DNA from: an uncultured Acidobacteriota bacterium
GTDB lineage: Bacteria > Acidobacteriota > Blastocatellia > RBC074
DNA: 64,000 bases
Reading direction: 5' to 3'
NCBI GenBank assembly: GCA_963796275.1
Contig: CAWCKY010000006.1
Coordinates: 2,752,001 to 2,816,000 of the forward strand
The translations under genes and the position numbers were made by a program. The notes below the pieces were generated by a model. The model made no database searches. It was given only the letters and a program-made list of their open reading frames with translations, and was not told the DNA's origin. This document shows, piece after piece, positions 11,515 to 21,780 of the stretch (position 1 is the stretch's first letter; each line of letters starts with the position of its first letter).

Positions 11515-12393
11515 TTACCAAGTGGATCGCATCCACTCGACGCAACGTCGCAAATGTTCGCGCATCACTTCTCCCGGATCGTGATGGATGCGCCCGTGGC
11601 CGGGCAACACCCATTCGAACTTGTATCGCAGCAGCTTCTCCATCGAACGTGTTTGCTCCGAGCGCGAATACCAGTTCACGTTGCGAAACGCAGTCAGCGT
11701 CCGCTTCGCCGGCGACCACGCCAGGTGATCGCCGGTGAAGAGAAACTTCTCCCTATAGAGCAACACCAGATGACCGCGCGTGTGGCCCGGCGTAGGGATG
11801 ACAAGAAGGTCGTCATCCAATCGCTCCTCTTCTTCGCCTACGAGGACGCGCTCTATGCCGAGCTGAACCGCGCCGTCCGCCTCGCTCATCACGCGCGTGC
11901 AGCCGAACTCCCGGGCGAAGGCCGCGTGATCGGCAATATCGTCCTTATGCGTCAGGAACATCGTCCTGACGCCGCCGAGCTCTTTGATCCTTCGAACGAG
12001 CGGCGCGGCAAAGCGCGGCGAATCAACCAACACGTTACCGCCCGCTTCATCCGGGCGCGCGATCAGATAGCTCCACGCCCCATAGCTCGATTCGGAAGTG
12101 AAGCCGCAGAAGTAGACGTTTTCGGAGATGAGCGAGGGGAAAGAAGCGACGGTCCGGCTAAGGTCGTGTTTCGCGAGCGTACCGATGGACGCGGTCGGAC
12201 AGGAGACCAAAGCCTTGAGAGCCTGGCTGATCTCCGGCTCCGTCTCCGGCTGCAGGTAGACGCTTGATTGATCGCCGTGGTCGCGAAAATGCGTGGGCGC
12301 GATCTGGCGGCACGTGTCGCAGTCAATACACGAATCGTCAACGAAGAAATCGCCTGCGATGTTCTGCGGCAATCGCCGCGTCCGGTCAGCCAT
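11515..12393 (-). CDS. MBL-fold metallo-hydrolase with N-terminal ferredoxin domain
   Basis: CIDCDTC...CP ferredoxin motif; THKDD, TPGHTRGH, FTGDH, LPGHG. Confidence 0.9.
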   Translation of the reverse strand: MADRTRRLPQNIAGDFFVDDSCIDCDTCRQIAPTHFRDHGDQSSVYLQPETEPEISQALKALVSCPTASIGTLAKHDLSRTVASFPSLISENVYFCGFTSESSYGAWSYLIARPDEAGGNVLVDSPRFAAPLVRRIKELGGVRTMFLTHKDDIADHAAFAREFGCTRVMSEADGAVQLGIERVLVGEEEERLDDDLLVIPTPGHTRGHLVLLYREKFLFTGDHLAWSPAKRTLTAFRNVNWYSRSEQTRSMEKLLRYKFEWVLPGHGRIHHDPGEVMREHLRRCVEWMRSTW

Positions 12394-12662
12394 GTGCCCC
12401 TCTATAATTTACACAACTTGTCGGAAAGTTGAATTAACATTATGGGCTTGGGCCAGGCACGAGTACAAATTGGGTTTATCAACCATCGACTCATTATTGG
12501 AAGTGAACCGCCCAGGGCAATTCAGTTTGATTTCATCCCTATTCTTTTGCCATGCATCGCTACGCTGGAAAGACTGATCGGAGCGTGAGCAGGTGGCTAT
12601 CTTCGTGGAATTTAGTCTGCGGCTGACTTTGAGATTTCGGCTGTCACGCTAGTCCGGCGCGA

Positions 12663-12975
12663 TCATTTTTTCCGGATCAATTTTATTCTCCCATTTGCCC
12701 CCCCAGCTCTCATCTCTTTCCATGATCCTTCGAACTGATCATTCGTCAATCTCAGGTCCGCCTTGAAAGTCTGCTCTCCGTTGAATACTTTGAAGGAGTA
12801 TGTTTCGCGGTCTTTACCAACTTCCGTCTCGACATGCCTCCATTCTTTATGCGCGCCGTCGATATTGAAGATCGGCTTTCCGAACCCTCGATGGCCATCG
12901 ACGATCAACTCGCCCTTGGTTTCAGTTCCGTCGTTCGCAAGCAAAGACACAACCCAGGTGCCTGTGATCCGCGTC
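12663..12975 (-). pseudogene. probable C-terminal remnant of a BlaR1/M56-type partner gene
   Basis: Begins right after the BlaI stop with RITGTWVVSL... and has no proper start; the M56 domain expected after blaI is absent. Confidence 0.4.
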
Positions 12976-13344
12976 TCAACGCTCCTTGGCCTTGAGCATT
13001 CGATGGAGCCGCGCCAACTTTTCCGGTGTCGGGTGGTGCGATTCCACCAGGCTCATGACTCGGCTCTCAGACCATCCGCCGAATAACCGGTCTATCAAGT
13101 CCCTCCCGGCTGCCTGATCCCGACTCACCACCGGACGATAGTAATATGAATGGTCCTTAAGCGTGCGCTTGGCTTTTCTCTTCCGCACTATTTCGTTGAG
13201 AATAGTCTGTACCGTGGTATGGGCCAGCTCCAGTTCTAGCCGCTGCCCCCCTATCTGCACCGTCGCAGGACTGATCTTCCAACGCACATTCATGATCTCG
13301 GTTTCGAGAGGTGTCAGCCGGTCGCTCTGTTTTCTCGGCGCCAT
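12976..13344 (-). CDS. BlaI/MecI/CopY family repressor (possibly decaying)
   Basis: LTPLETEIMNV.W..PATV...LAHTTVQTIL...YYYRPVVSR...LIDRLFGG; several consensus positions substituted. Confidence 0.8.
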   Translation of the reverse strand: MAPRKQSDRLTPLETEIMNVRWKISPATVQIGGQRLELELAHTTVQTILNEIVRKRKAKRTLKDHSYYYRPVVSRDQAAGRDLIDRLFGGWSESRVMSLVESHHPTPEKLARLHRMLKAKER

Positions 13345-13349
13345 GGAAA

Positions 13350-13413
13350 TAGTCTCCTATATTTTTAGGAGACTACTTGCCTGGCGGAAGTTTGTCAACT
13401 AAAAATTTAGGAG
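13350..13413 (-). promoter_or_regulatory. sigma70 promoter (TTGACA-17-TAGTCT) overlapped by a palindromic operator
   Basis: Perfect palindrome TAGTCTCCTA-TATTTT-TAGGAGACTA at 13350-13375; related site CTAAAAATTTAGGAG at 13399-13413; -35 at 13398-13393. Confidence 0.7.
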
Positions 13414-13867
13414 GGGATAAACTACTGTCATGATCCCCGGAGAGCAATTTTGCAATGAGTTCTTTCGCCCGGTGGGAATGAGGTGGGATATCTCGGATGC
13501 CGGCCCACTTGTTATTCCGAGAAGACCTATGGCAAATGGGCCTTTTGATGTTTTCTCCTTCTGGAGACAATGACTCGATCGATGATTTTCCGGCCTGTGC
13601 TTTTTTGCCGAAGGACACGAAGTCTCTGGAAACAGCGCTAAGTGAAGTTCGAACTTAGCGGGTTAAGCTGGTACAAGTCAGCTTATAAACATACAAGACG
13701 CCGGGCTCCAATCAATGTATTACTAACGCGGTTCGCAGATTATCGGTTTGCGGCGCTGGATCACGGTGAAGGCGTCGTTCCAGCTTTCTCCAGGAAGCGG
13801 GCCTGACTACTTATCGTAGCGCGTCTGGCAGGCCTGAATGCTTGCAAATCGCAGCTGAGGAGGTGCT

Positions 13868-16166
13868 ATGAAGAAGAGCAGTCGGATTTACTTAACCAGC
13901 GGAGGACTGATGGCGATCGGCGTTCTGTTGTCCTTCTGCGGAGTCTATTTGCAGACCCCTATCGCGCAGACGCAAGGGCGGCAGGGGCCGGGACGGTCAA
14001 TCGGAGCGATCAGAACGCAAGAAAACCTGATCGTCATGACCCTGGATGAAGGTGTCCTCGGGAAAGCCAACTTATTCGACCTCGTGGGGCGCACACTGCG
14101 CTTCACACCGGAAGGAACTGGCTACCGCGCGGAGAATGTAGCGCTCAAGTGGGACCCTGAATTCGGCGCCGCGCTCACCGGCGCCCAGGTGGCGTTACGC
14201 AATTTCTCGTTCCCTTATTCCGGCAAGAATTGGGAATCGTTTTCCGTAGGCGTGACCGGATCGATCAGCTTCGGCGCAGTCCAAGGTAGCGGTGGCGAAG
14301 GCTCCGCTGGTATTAGCCGCGGCGGCGGCGTTGTCATTGACCGATTCGCTCAATTGCAAGATGCCTCGCGTTCGCTAATCAACAGGGTCCCGGCGATCTG
14401 TGTGTTCTTTAAGCCACGCATGACCGGCGCTCGCTACGTAAAGGAATTGGCTGACCGGGTTTTACTCACCTGGAGCCTGACCGAGCCGGTGGGCGGGATT
14501 CAGGACTTCACCTGGGTTCCGACGGTCAACCGCTTTCAGGCGGTGCTGTGGAAAGATGGGACGATTGAATTGTCATACGAGCAGGTGGCTGCGAAGGACG
14601 CGATTGTCGGCCTCTACCCGCTGGTCACTACCGGCTCGGAAAAAGAACTCGCGCAGATCAGCGACGAGGAGGAGTCGGCTGCCGCCGCGCACCTCGATCT
14701 CAAGGGCATGAAAGTAACGGTGGTGGACGGCCTCTTCTTGAAGATCACGTTAGAGATGCGCGGCCCCGTCTTGCCGGAAGGCGATCCAGAGTTGGTGGGC
14801 CTTACATACCGGATCGCTTTCGATAAGCACAAACCACCTCCCACAAGTGGGGAAAGCGCCCGCCCTGACGCCATCTGGACGATTCGAGGCTTTGGCCGCG
14901 GCGGTCGTAGCGCCGGTGTGCCTCGGTACACAGCCACCGGTCCCGGCGTCTTTCCGGTCGTGAAGACGAGCGGAAACAGCCTCTCGCTGCAAGGCATGCT
15001 GCCTGCAGCTTTCAGGGCAGGGGAGCAGATTGCCATCATCGCTGATGTCCAAACTCCGGGCGCCCCACCTTTGACTGCAGACCAAATTCCGCCGTGTATT
15101 GTGACGCTGGCCGGAATCCGTAGCCCCGAGATAGACCTCTCCTCGGTGAAGACGGCAGGATGGCCCGTTCGCAATGATCTACGAATCGTTTCACTACCTG
15201 GCCTTGCCCAATCCAAGGGATATGACTTGCACGGTCATCAAGGCTCTGGGCGACAAATTCGATTTTCTGGCGTATTACTCCGACTTCCGAGTGGACAATC
15301 AGGAGGCGGGAACACCCAGCACTGGCCCACTGGGTGGCGGCCCCGCGGGCGGCGCGGTGACCGGGATCGGCGCGACGCAAAGAGGACTGGAGAGTTACTG
15401 TAGCTCAGGCAGGTTTCAATGGCAGTTCGTGCAGCCGGTCTATGTCGGCTCCAATCAAATGCAGGAACGGCCACCCGATGGGACGACGGACTCCAGTAAC
15501 CGTAACGTTGCGTTCTACAATCAACAAATCGGCAAGCGGTCATATGATGGGAAGCTATTGCCGTACAACTATGCAATGTCGCAGCTTACGCATGAGATGG
15601 GCCATCGCTGGTCGGCCTTCGTTTCGGCGAAAGTGAATGACGAGACAATCCCTCTCGGCCCCACGCACTGGGCCAGAGGATTGCACGCGCCTGTGGCCTT
15701 TCCATATCAACGACCAACGGAAGCGTCGGCGATGGGTGGTGGAGTCTGGCAGGACAATTTCGATGGTACGTATACCCAGCTCGACGATGACTACTATGTT
15801 CCGGCTACCGGATGGTCGTACCTTGACCTCTACCTCATGGGCTTGATTGCTCCGACTGAAGTGCCTGACTTCTTCATCTTGAGGAATCTGGCTGCGGTCG
15901 GAAAAGATTCAAACGGCCACCCCATCTACAAGGCCGACCGGACAAAAGTGAGCATTAAGGATGTGATTGCAGCAGAGGGGCCGCGCATGCCCGATGTAGA
16001 TCACGCGCAGAAGAAGTTCAACACCGGCATTGTGGTGATCGTTGAACATGGAGCCAAGCCGAGCAAGGAGTTGATTGAGCGCGCCAACGGGATTCGAGAA
16101 AGATGGATTGATTACTGGGCGACAACCACCGGGCACCGCTCCTCAATGACCACGAGTCCCAGGTGA
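13868..16166 (+). CDS. secreted zinc metallopeptidase-like protein (HEXXH), split by a +1 frameshift near 15151
   Basis: Signal peptide; ORFs 13868..15403 and 15174..16166 join if one base is removed (VK-RQDGPFAMIYESF); HEMGHRW...HW motif. Confidence 0.7.
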
Positions 16167-16229
16167 GTTGTAACCGGCGGCGCCTTGCGGAGAAACTGTC
16201 TTCTGCCCGCTAGACGCCGTTTATTCGAG

Positions 16230-16530
16230 CGACCTGGCCGTACCTGCCGGACAGCCCGAGCGATAGTCAGATGTAGCGCCTTCAGTTCACCGTTGATGTG
16301 TCGGACGTTGCCGCGGTTGTTAAAAGCATCGGCAAAGCGCAGGTTAAGTTCGAGGGCGCTGTCGATGTCTTTCAGTGCTGTGCGAAGCTCGCCCATCATC
16401 TTTCGCAGATGCCACGATTATTTAAGCCTCGGCAAAATTCGGATCGAGTTCAATGTCACGGTTGGATTCTGAGAACGCGCCGTTCCTATCGTTCGAGCGC
16501 TCTTTCGCGATGCCACGATTATTGAACGCC
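16230..16530 (-). pseudogene. TPR-repeat gene remnant
   Basis: ALKDIDSALELNLRFADAFNNRGNVRH; the unit AATAATCGTGGCATC is repeated; frame broken. Confidence 0.55.
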
Positions 16531-16727
16531 CTGATAAAATTATGTGTGTAACGTGGCTGCGGGAAATAAAGATGTCATTGCTGGTTTATGAATGCACCGT
16601 CCCAGTGCCGCCTGTGATGTCAAAAATTTGGTAAGGGAACTTCAAACTAATTTTGCCAGTTGCCTTTGGTTAAGTGGTTTGTTTTTATTATTTTACAATA
16701 AAAGTAGCGGTTTAAATCGGATTGGGA

Positions 16728-16818
16728 TATAATTCAAGCAACTGGCAGCGGTATACCCTAATGGCTGAGGACGCTGCTGAATCGGCGGGAGCGAAAGCGC
16801 CCGCCATTACTATTTCTA
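16728..16818 (+). ncRNA. putative small structured RNA, copy 1, with TATAAT box
   Basis: 61 consecutive nt identical to the copy at 61.9 kb; stems GGCAGCG/CGCTGCT and GGCGGG-AGCGAAAGCG-CCCGCC. Confidence 0.5.
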
Positions 16819-16819
16819 C

Positions 16820-16968
16820 TACGAATAATATCAAAGATGATTCGTTCGCATCCGCTACGGATTACACTGATTAAGCCTCCACCTGGCGTGCCGCTTTGTT
16901 TGCAGCAAGGCAAGACGATCTTGTTCCCCCTACTTCCGATTTAGGAAAAAACGTCTCTTTTGATCTCA
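16820..16968 (+). pseudogene. 5' fragment of a DUF5990 paralog
   Basis: Aligns by eye to ~62322-62472 with many substitutions and a 1-nt deletion (CAAGAC vs CAAAGAC). Confidence 0.8.
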
Positions 16969-17264
16969 TGTGGGCATAACCACCCAAGACCAAACTGTCC
17001 ACTAAATCGGGTGAACCCCAGGTCTTGGCCTCTAGTGATTGAGCCCGGCTCGATCCTTTCGGCACGTAGAAAATACATTTGGCGTTAGGGCAGGGCATCG
17101 ATGGAATCGTGGTCACAATTTGCGCTCGGCGATCGAATTCTCCGCAGTTTAGTACTATCGCGAATTGGCCGAGCGAGCCGGCGGCGCTGTACCAAAATTC
17201 CGTTATCTGAGAAGATGTCGCCGAATATTCCCATCTCTACTTTGGCTCTGGAGAACAATTCACA

Positions 17265-18551
17265 ATGAATCAGGCACTCAAGAAGTATCTTGCGGTCGTC
17301 TCAGGCGCCCTGTCGTTGGTCTTGGCTGGCGCCGCGTTTGGGATTGCGAATCGATCGGCTTCGATGACCAGTGAACCATTTCTCAAATCGGAGATGATCT
17401 TTCCTCTCGAACACTGGCACAACCACGCGTCGTGCATAGTCGAAACGCCGAGCGGGGACCTGCTCGTTTGCTGGTTCCACGGGTCTGGAGAGCGGACCGC
17501 TGATGATGTGAAGATCGAGGGTGCGCGGAAGAGGCGCGGCTCGCGCGAATGGAGTCCGCGTTTCACGATGGCCGACACTCCCGGCTATCCCGACACCAAC
17601 TGCGCGATTTTCATCGATACGAAGCAGAGGTTGTGGCTGCTTTGGCCGACCATCCTGGCGAACGAATGGCACACCGCCTTGATGAAATACAGGATTTCAT
17701 CGCGCTATCAGTCCGACGGCCCGCCCGTCTGGGAGACCAACGAAGTTCTGCACATCACTCCCGGCCCGGAATTCGAGGCGATGGTGAAAGAAGCGATGGA
17801 CGCGCTGGAAAACAGGCTGCAAAGCGAGCCTGAAGAGCGCCGCGCCGCCATCCGCGCTTACATCGCCAGAACGCGCAAGAACGCCGCCGATAAATTTTTC
17901 CGGCGGCTGGGATGGATGACCCGCGCCCATCCTTTCGTTCTCGACGACCGCAGATTGATAGTCCCCCTCTATTCCGACGGCTTCTCGTTCTCGCTGATGG
18001 CCCTTACCGATGACTGGGGCAAGACGTGGAAGACCAGCACCCCGCTCGTCGGAGGAGGAAACATCCAGCCCAGCATTGTTCGGAAGAAGGACGGAACGCT
18101 TTTCACCTTGATGCGCGACAATGGCCCGCCGCCGAAGCGTCTGCACAAAAGCGAATCGCGCGACCGAGGGGAAACCTGGTTGCCGGTCACCGACAGCGAC
18201 CTGCCCAATCCAGGATCCGGCGCCGAGGTCATTTCTCTTCGCAATGGACACTGGGTATTGATCTACAACGACACCGAACGAGCCCGCAATAGCCTGGCGG
18301 TGGCGATCTCGGATGACGAAGGCCAGACCTGGAAGTGGAAGCGGCAGTTGGAATACGACCCTCCCGGCCCCGAGGCGGGCGCCTATCATTACCCTTCAAT
18401 CATGCAGGCCCGCGACGGTACATTACACGCCAGTTACAGTTACCACCTCAACCGCAAAGACGTCGAGAAGGACGCCGAAGGTAACCTGCGCCGTAAAACG
18501 ATCAAGCATGCCCATTTCAACGAGGAGTGGGTGATGGCAGGAGAAAAATAG
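17265..18551 (+). CDS. BNR-repeat / sialidase-like six-bladed propeller protein, secreted
   Basis: HASCIVETPSGDLLVCWF.GSGE, Asp-boxes TDDWGKTW, SRDRGETW, SDDEGQTW; YHYPS. Confidence 0.85.
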   Translation: MNQALKKYLAVVSGALSLVLAGAAFGIANRSASMTSEPFLKSEMIFPLEHWHNHASCIVETPSGDLLVCWFHGSGERTADDVKIEGARKRRGSREWSPRFTMADTPGYPDTNCAIFIDTKQRLWLLWPTILANEWHTALMKYRISSRYQSDGPPVWETNEVLHITPGPEFEAMVKEAMDALENRLQSEPEERRAAIRAYIARTRKNAADKFFRRLGWMTRAHPFVLDDRRLIVPLYSDGFSFSLMALTDDWGKTWKTSTPLVGGGNIQPSIVRKKDGTLFTLMRDNGPPPKRLHKSESRDRGETWLPVTDSDLPNPGSGAEVISLRNGHWVLIYNDTERARNSLAVAISDDEGQTWKWKRQLEYDPPGPEAGAYHYPSIMQARDGTLHASYSYHLNRKDVEKDAEGNLRRKTIKHAHFNEEWVMAGEK

Positions 18552-18890
18552 CGCGCGACAACCACATGATAGTGGTTGTGAAAGTCCGGGGTGGTAAGGT
18601 CAACTGCTCCACCTATAGCAACGTCAGCGGCTTAGCTGGAGTAGTTGACCTACTTACAGACATCCAGTGTTAACTTTTAAATTGCCGTTATTACCGACCT
18701 CTCCACGCTAGGATCAGAGTTGATCTCAACAATTTTAGGTGGGAGAAAGACAAGCGAAGTTTTTGAGAACGCAGATGAATCGAGTCTGGCGAGGGATAGA
18801 TTGCCAGGCTCCAGTGAGCGACGACTGCGAGTAGCCGGGCAGTGGGATTGCCATTCGGCTACTCGCAAGGAGCTATCCGCAGATGCGGGA

Positions 18891-20303
18891 TTACGGCAAT
18901 TGGGTTAGACCATCCAGGAAAGGCGCATGGTTACCGGAAAATTCAAAGTTGTTGAATCGGTCCCAGTTGATAGACCAGGTCATCACCCCCCTGAAATTGG
19001 GATAGCCAGCAGGATTACGGAGTACGTAGCGTCCGTTGAACGATCTGCCGTTTATCAGGTAGTCGAGCGCTCTCTGTACTTCTGACGGCACGGTATAACC
19101 GCTGCCGGCTGCCTGGGGAGACGCAGGCAGCCCGATGGCGACCTGATCCGGCCTCAATGGCGGGAAGAATCTGTTAGGGTCGAGTGCGACCGGAAACCCC
19201 ACCAACAGCATCTCAGCCATAGCCACTTGGAAATCGGCGGTCGCCGATTCATAGATCATGTCATCAATCCCGAAGACCGATCCGGTGTTGTAATGCTGCA
19301 CGTGGATGATGGTCAGTATATCTCTGAGACCGTGAATCACCGGCAAGTAAGAGCCCGGGCGAGGACCATAGCTTCTATAACCCGTTTGGACGAAGAAGGT
19401 TTCGGGAGCCATGGTCAAAATAAAATCGGGTCCGATATTGGCGGCGACGGCTCTGATCGCAGAGATGAGGTTGACGATACTCGGTGTAGTGGGATTTCTA
19501 AAATCGTTATCGCCGACGTTGAGTGTCACGGAGGTTCCTTCAAAATCGATGTCGATCCCATTAAATCCATATTCTCTGATGAGATCGGTCACGGAATCGA
19601 TGAAGTTCTGTCGATCGGTTTCGGTTTCGAGCACCACGTGCCCGGTGCCACCGCCAAGCGATAGAAGCACTTTCTGGCCTCTGCGTTTGAGGATCGCGAT
19701 ATCTGATTTAACTTCTTCCACGGAAGTGCGGAAATCGGGGACGAACTCGATGAATGAGGTGCTGCCCGGGATCGGTAATCCAAACGCGAGATTGACGATC
19801 GCGTAATCTCTGGAAACATCTTTCACCCTGATGAAGCCGGCGCCGTTTTCAAAGTTGTGCCAGTAACCGATGACTGCATGGCGGGGCAGCGGTTTGTTGC
19901 TGTCGTCCACAAATTTCCAGAGCGCGGGGACGTTGGCCGGCTCCCATGTCGGGAGCGAGACGTGGCTCTGGAGACATTCGTAGGTCTCGTCCCCATATTG
20001 GACCCGCACCCCGGCAACGTACGGCGTGACAGACGTCCAGGGTGAGGGATGTCTGCTGACGCCGAGAGGCCTCAGCCAGAGCGCGGGGACATTGGGCGGC
20101 TCCCATGTTGCGATCGAGGTGTGAGCCTGACGACACTCGTAAGTGATCCCCTCGAACATGACTCGTGCTCCTATGGCGTATGAAGTGCCTGTAGCCCAGG
20201 GTTGAACTTCTGACTGAGCCGCAATTGCTACTGGCATAAAAGTCAGAAGACCGATCATTCTAATCAGAGCTGACCATTGCTGATGTAACCTGTGTTTTGA
20301 CAT
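18891..20303 (-). CDS. GH18 chitinase with two N-terminal CBM12/ChtBD-type modules
   Basis: Two W....Y..G..V...G.TYEC.Q.H.S..TWEP.NVPALW repeats; SLGG, GIDIDFEG catalytic motif, MTWSINWD. Confidence 0.93.
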   Translation of the reverse strand: MSKHRLHQQWSALIRMIGLLTFMPVAIAAQSEVQPWATGTSYAIGARVMFEGITYECRQAHTSIATWEPPNVPALWLRPLGVSRHPSPWTSVTPYVAGVRVQYGDETYECLQSHVSLPTWEPANVPALWKFVDDSNKPLPRHAVIGYWHNFENGAGFIRVKDVSRDYAIVNLAFGLPIPGSTSFIEFVPDFRTSVEEVKSDIAILKRRGQKVLLSLGGGTGHVVLETETDRQNFIDSVTDLIREYGFNGIDIDFEGTSVTLNVGDNDFRNPTTPSIVNLISAIRAVAANIGPDFILTMAPETFFVQTGYRSYGPRPGSYLPVIHGLRDILTIIHVQHYNTGSVFGIDDMIYESATADFQVAMAEMLLVGFPVALDPNRFFPPLRPDQVAIGLPASPQAAGSGYTVPSEVQRALDYLINGRSFNGRYVLRNPAGYPNFRGVMTWSINWDRFNNFEFSGNHAPFLDGLTQLP

Positions 20304-20510
20304 TCGTAACTCCTCATCCTTTCGTGAAAGTATGGGACAGCTGTTAAATCGCGAAACATGCAAAATACGCGAACGGTTTCTATCCGCAACGGCTTCTTGC
20401 CGCAGTCGGACGATTTATCGTGATCGCTTATTTCACGTTGGTAAACTACACATCAATGTATTACCGCGCTTTTCGCTTGAGCGTGCAGTAAAGAAAGATG
20501 AAGAGAGAAG

Positions 20511-20580
20511 ACGGAACAAACGAAAGATAACGAAACAAACGAAAAACCACCGATTCTCTCGTCTGTTTCGTATTCTCCGC
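20511..20580. repeat. REP-like AAACGAAA / TTTCGT palindromic repeat
   Basis: acggaacaaacgaaagataacgaaacaaacgaaa...tcgtctgtttcgtattctccg. Confidence 0.4.
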
Positions 20581-20624
20581 CCAACCTCCAGAGCCTGCAC
20601 ATTCATGTGAAATTTGATCACGGG

Positions 20625-20857
20625 GTTGCAACAAGACCTCCCACTGTCGGTACGTGAGTGGGAATGCCCGCAATGCGGAGCGCACCACGAGCGATACGAG
20701 AACGCGGCGGGTCAACATCTTGCGAGCAGGGTAATACCTGCGAAAACTACCGGGTGGGACGCCCGGAAAGTAACGCCTACGAGATATGAGCGACGGCGCT
20801 CAGCGTCTGAATCCCCACCATACCGCGCTTTGGCGGTTGATGACGGGAGAAGGTCAA
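20625..20857 (+). mobile_element. tnpB: IS200/IS605-family remnant: TnpB C-terminal zinc ribbon plus right end
   Basis: LPLSVREWECPQCGAHHER..NAA matches the TnpB zinc ribbon/RuvC-III region; downstream GAATCCCC...GGGAG..GGTCAA is a typical right end. Confidence 0.75.
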
Positions 20858-21327
20858 AGATTTTTGCTGTGAGTAACAAATGAGCGTAGCCAGGCGAAGC
20901 GCTGGCATGCTCAAAAACTAAATAACCCTAACAGAAGAATAACATATATCACGTAGAATCGAGCGTACTAGACGGTCAAATCACAGCATTTTCCTTCCAC
21001 AAAATTATGGATCCCCGTTCAACGACACAGCAGAGCATATCTCCCGCCGTGGCCTGGAGTGGCTTGACTTCGAACGCAGTGCGGTCGCCGGAGTGGTGAT
21101 ATACACAATCGAAGAGGATTCGACGCCCACGGGCCTAGTTTCCTATTAGTGACCTCCATCATTACTTGTCCTCAGAAACACAACTCATCATTTTCGTGAT
21201 CCTGTGTACACCGAATCGTGTTCATATAGTCCTGATCGATCAAAGATTCTAAAGACATATCCTGGGACGTAAGGCTAAATAGCTGATGGCAGCAGGCTTA
21301 CTGAAGTCCTGTGCTTTATCGGCTAAG

Positions 21328-21343
21328 TGGCACGAGGTTTGTA
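21328..21343 (+). promoter_or_regulatory. possible sigma54 promoter
   Basis: TGGCAC-GAGGT-TTGTA about 70 bp upstream of the glycine-zipper gene; the -12 element is GT rather than GC. Confidence 0.4.
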
Positions 21344-21411
21344 AAGATAATTTGCGAGTAAAGATAATGTGCGAGGAATGATATTACGTGTTTCAAAAAA
21401 GGAGGAAAGGT

Positions 21412-21780
21412 ATGATGAAGAAGATACAAGCTAGCGCGGTTTTGATGGCATTGATGGTGGGTCTGCTGTTCGCTGCGGGGACGCCCGACGCGATGGCGCA
21501 AGGAAAGGGTTATCGTACACGGAGCAGCGAGAGCCGTTCCTATCACGACCGCAACTATAGTCGCAATGATCGCGGGCGCTTTTATGAAGAGAAGGAGGCG
21601 ACAAACGAAAATCTGATCAAGAGGGCTGGTATCGGCGCGGGTATTGGGGTATTGGGTGGCGCATTGCTCGGCGGGAAGACCGGAGCGATTATCGGTGGCG
21701 CTGCGGGTGCTTTGACCGGGTACATCTTTCACCGCAAAAAGATCGACGATCAGCACGACCGCATACTCGGACGTGACTAA
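21412..21780 (+). CDS. secreted glycine-zipper (YMGG-like) protein
   Basis: Signal peptide; GIGAGIGVLGGALLGGKTGAIIGGAAGALTG; GGAGG RBS. Confidence 0.8.
   Translation: MMKKIQASAVLMALMVGLLFAAGTPDAMAQGKGYRTRSSESRSYHDRNYSRNDRGRFYEEKEATNENLIKRAGIGAGIGVLGGALLGGKTGAIIGGAAGALTGYIFHRKKIDDQHDRILGRD

Noticed and set aside
16741-16810. Assignment of the duplicated element to hammerhead, HDV-like, SAH or c-di-AMP families
   Set aside because: CUGAGGA and GAAA are present, but stem II register and the UH site do not fit a hammerhead. The P1 G-U start fits HDV, but there is no room for P3/L3. Only short words match SAH and c-di-AMP riboswitches.
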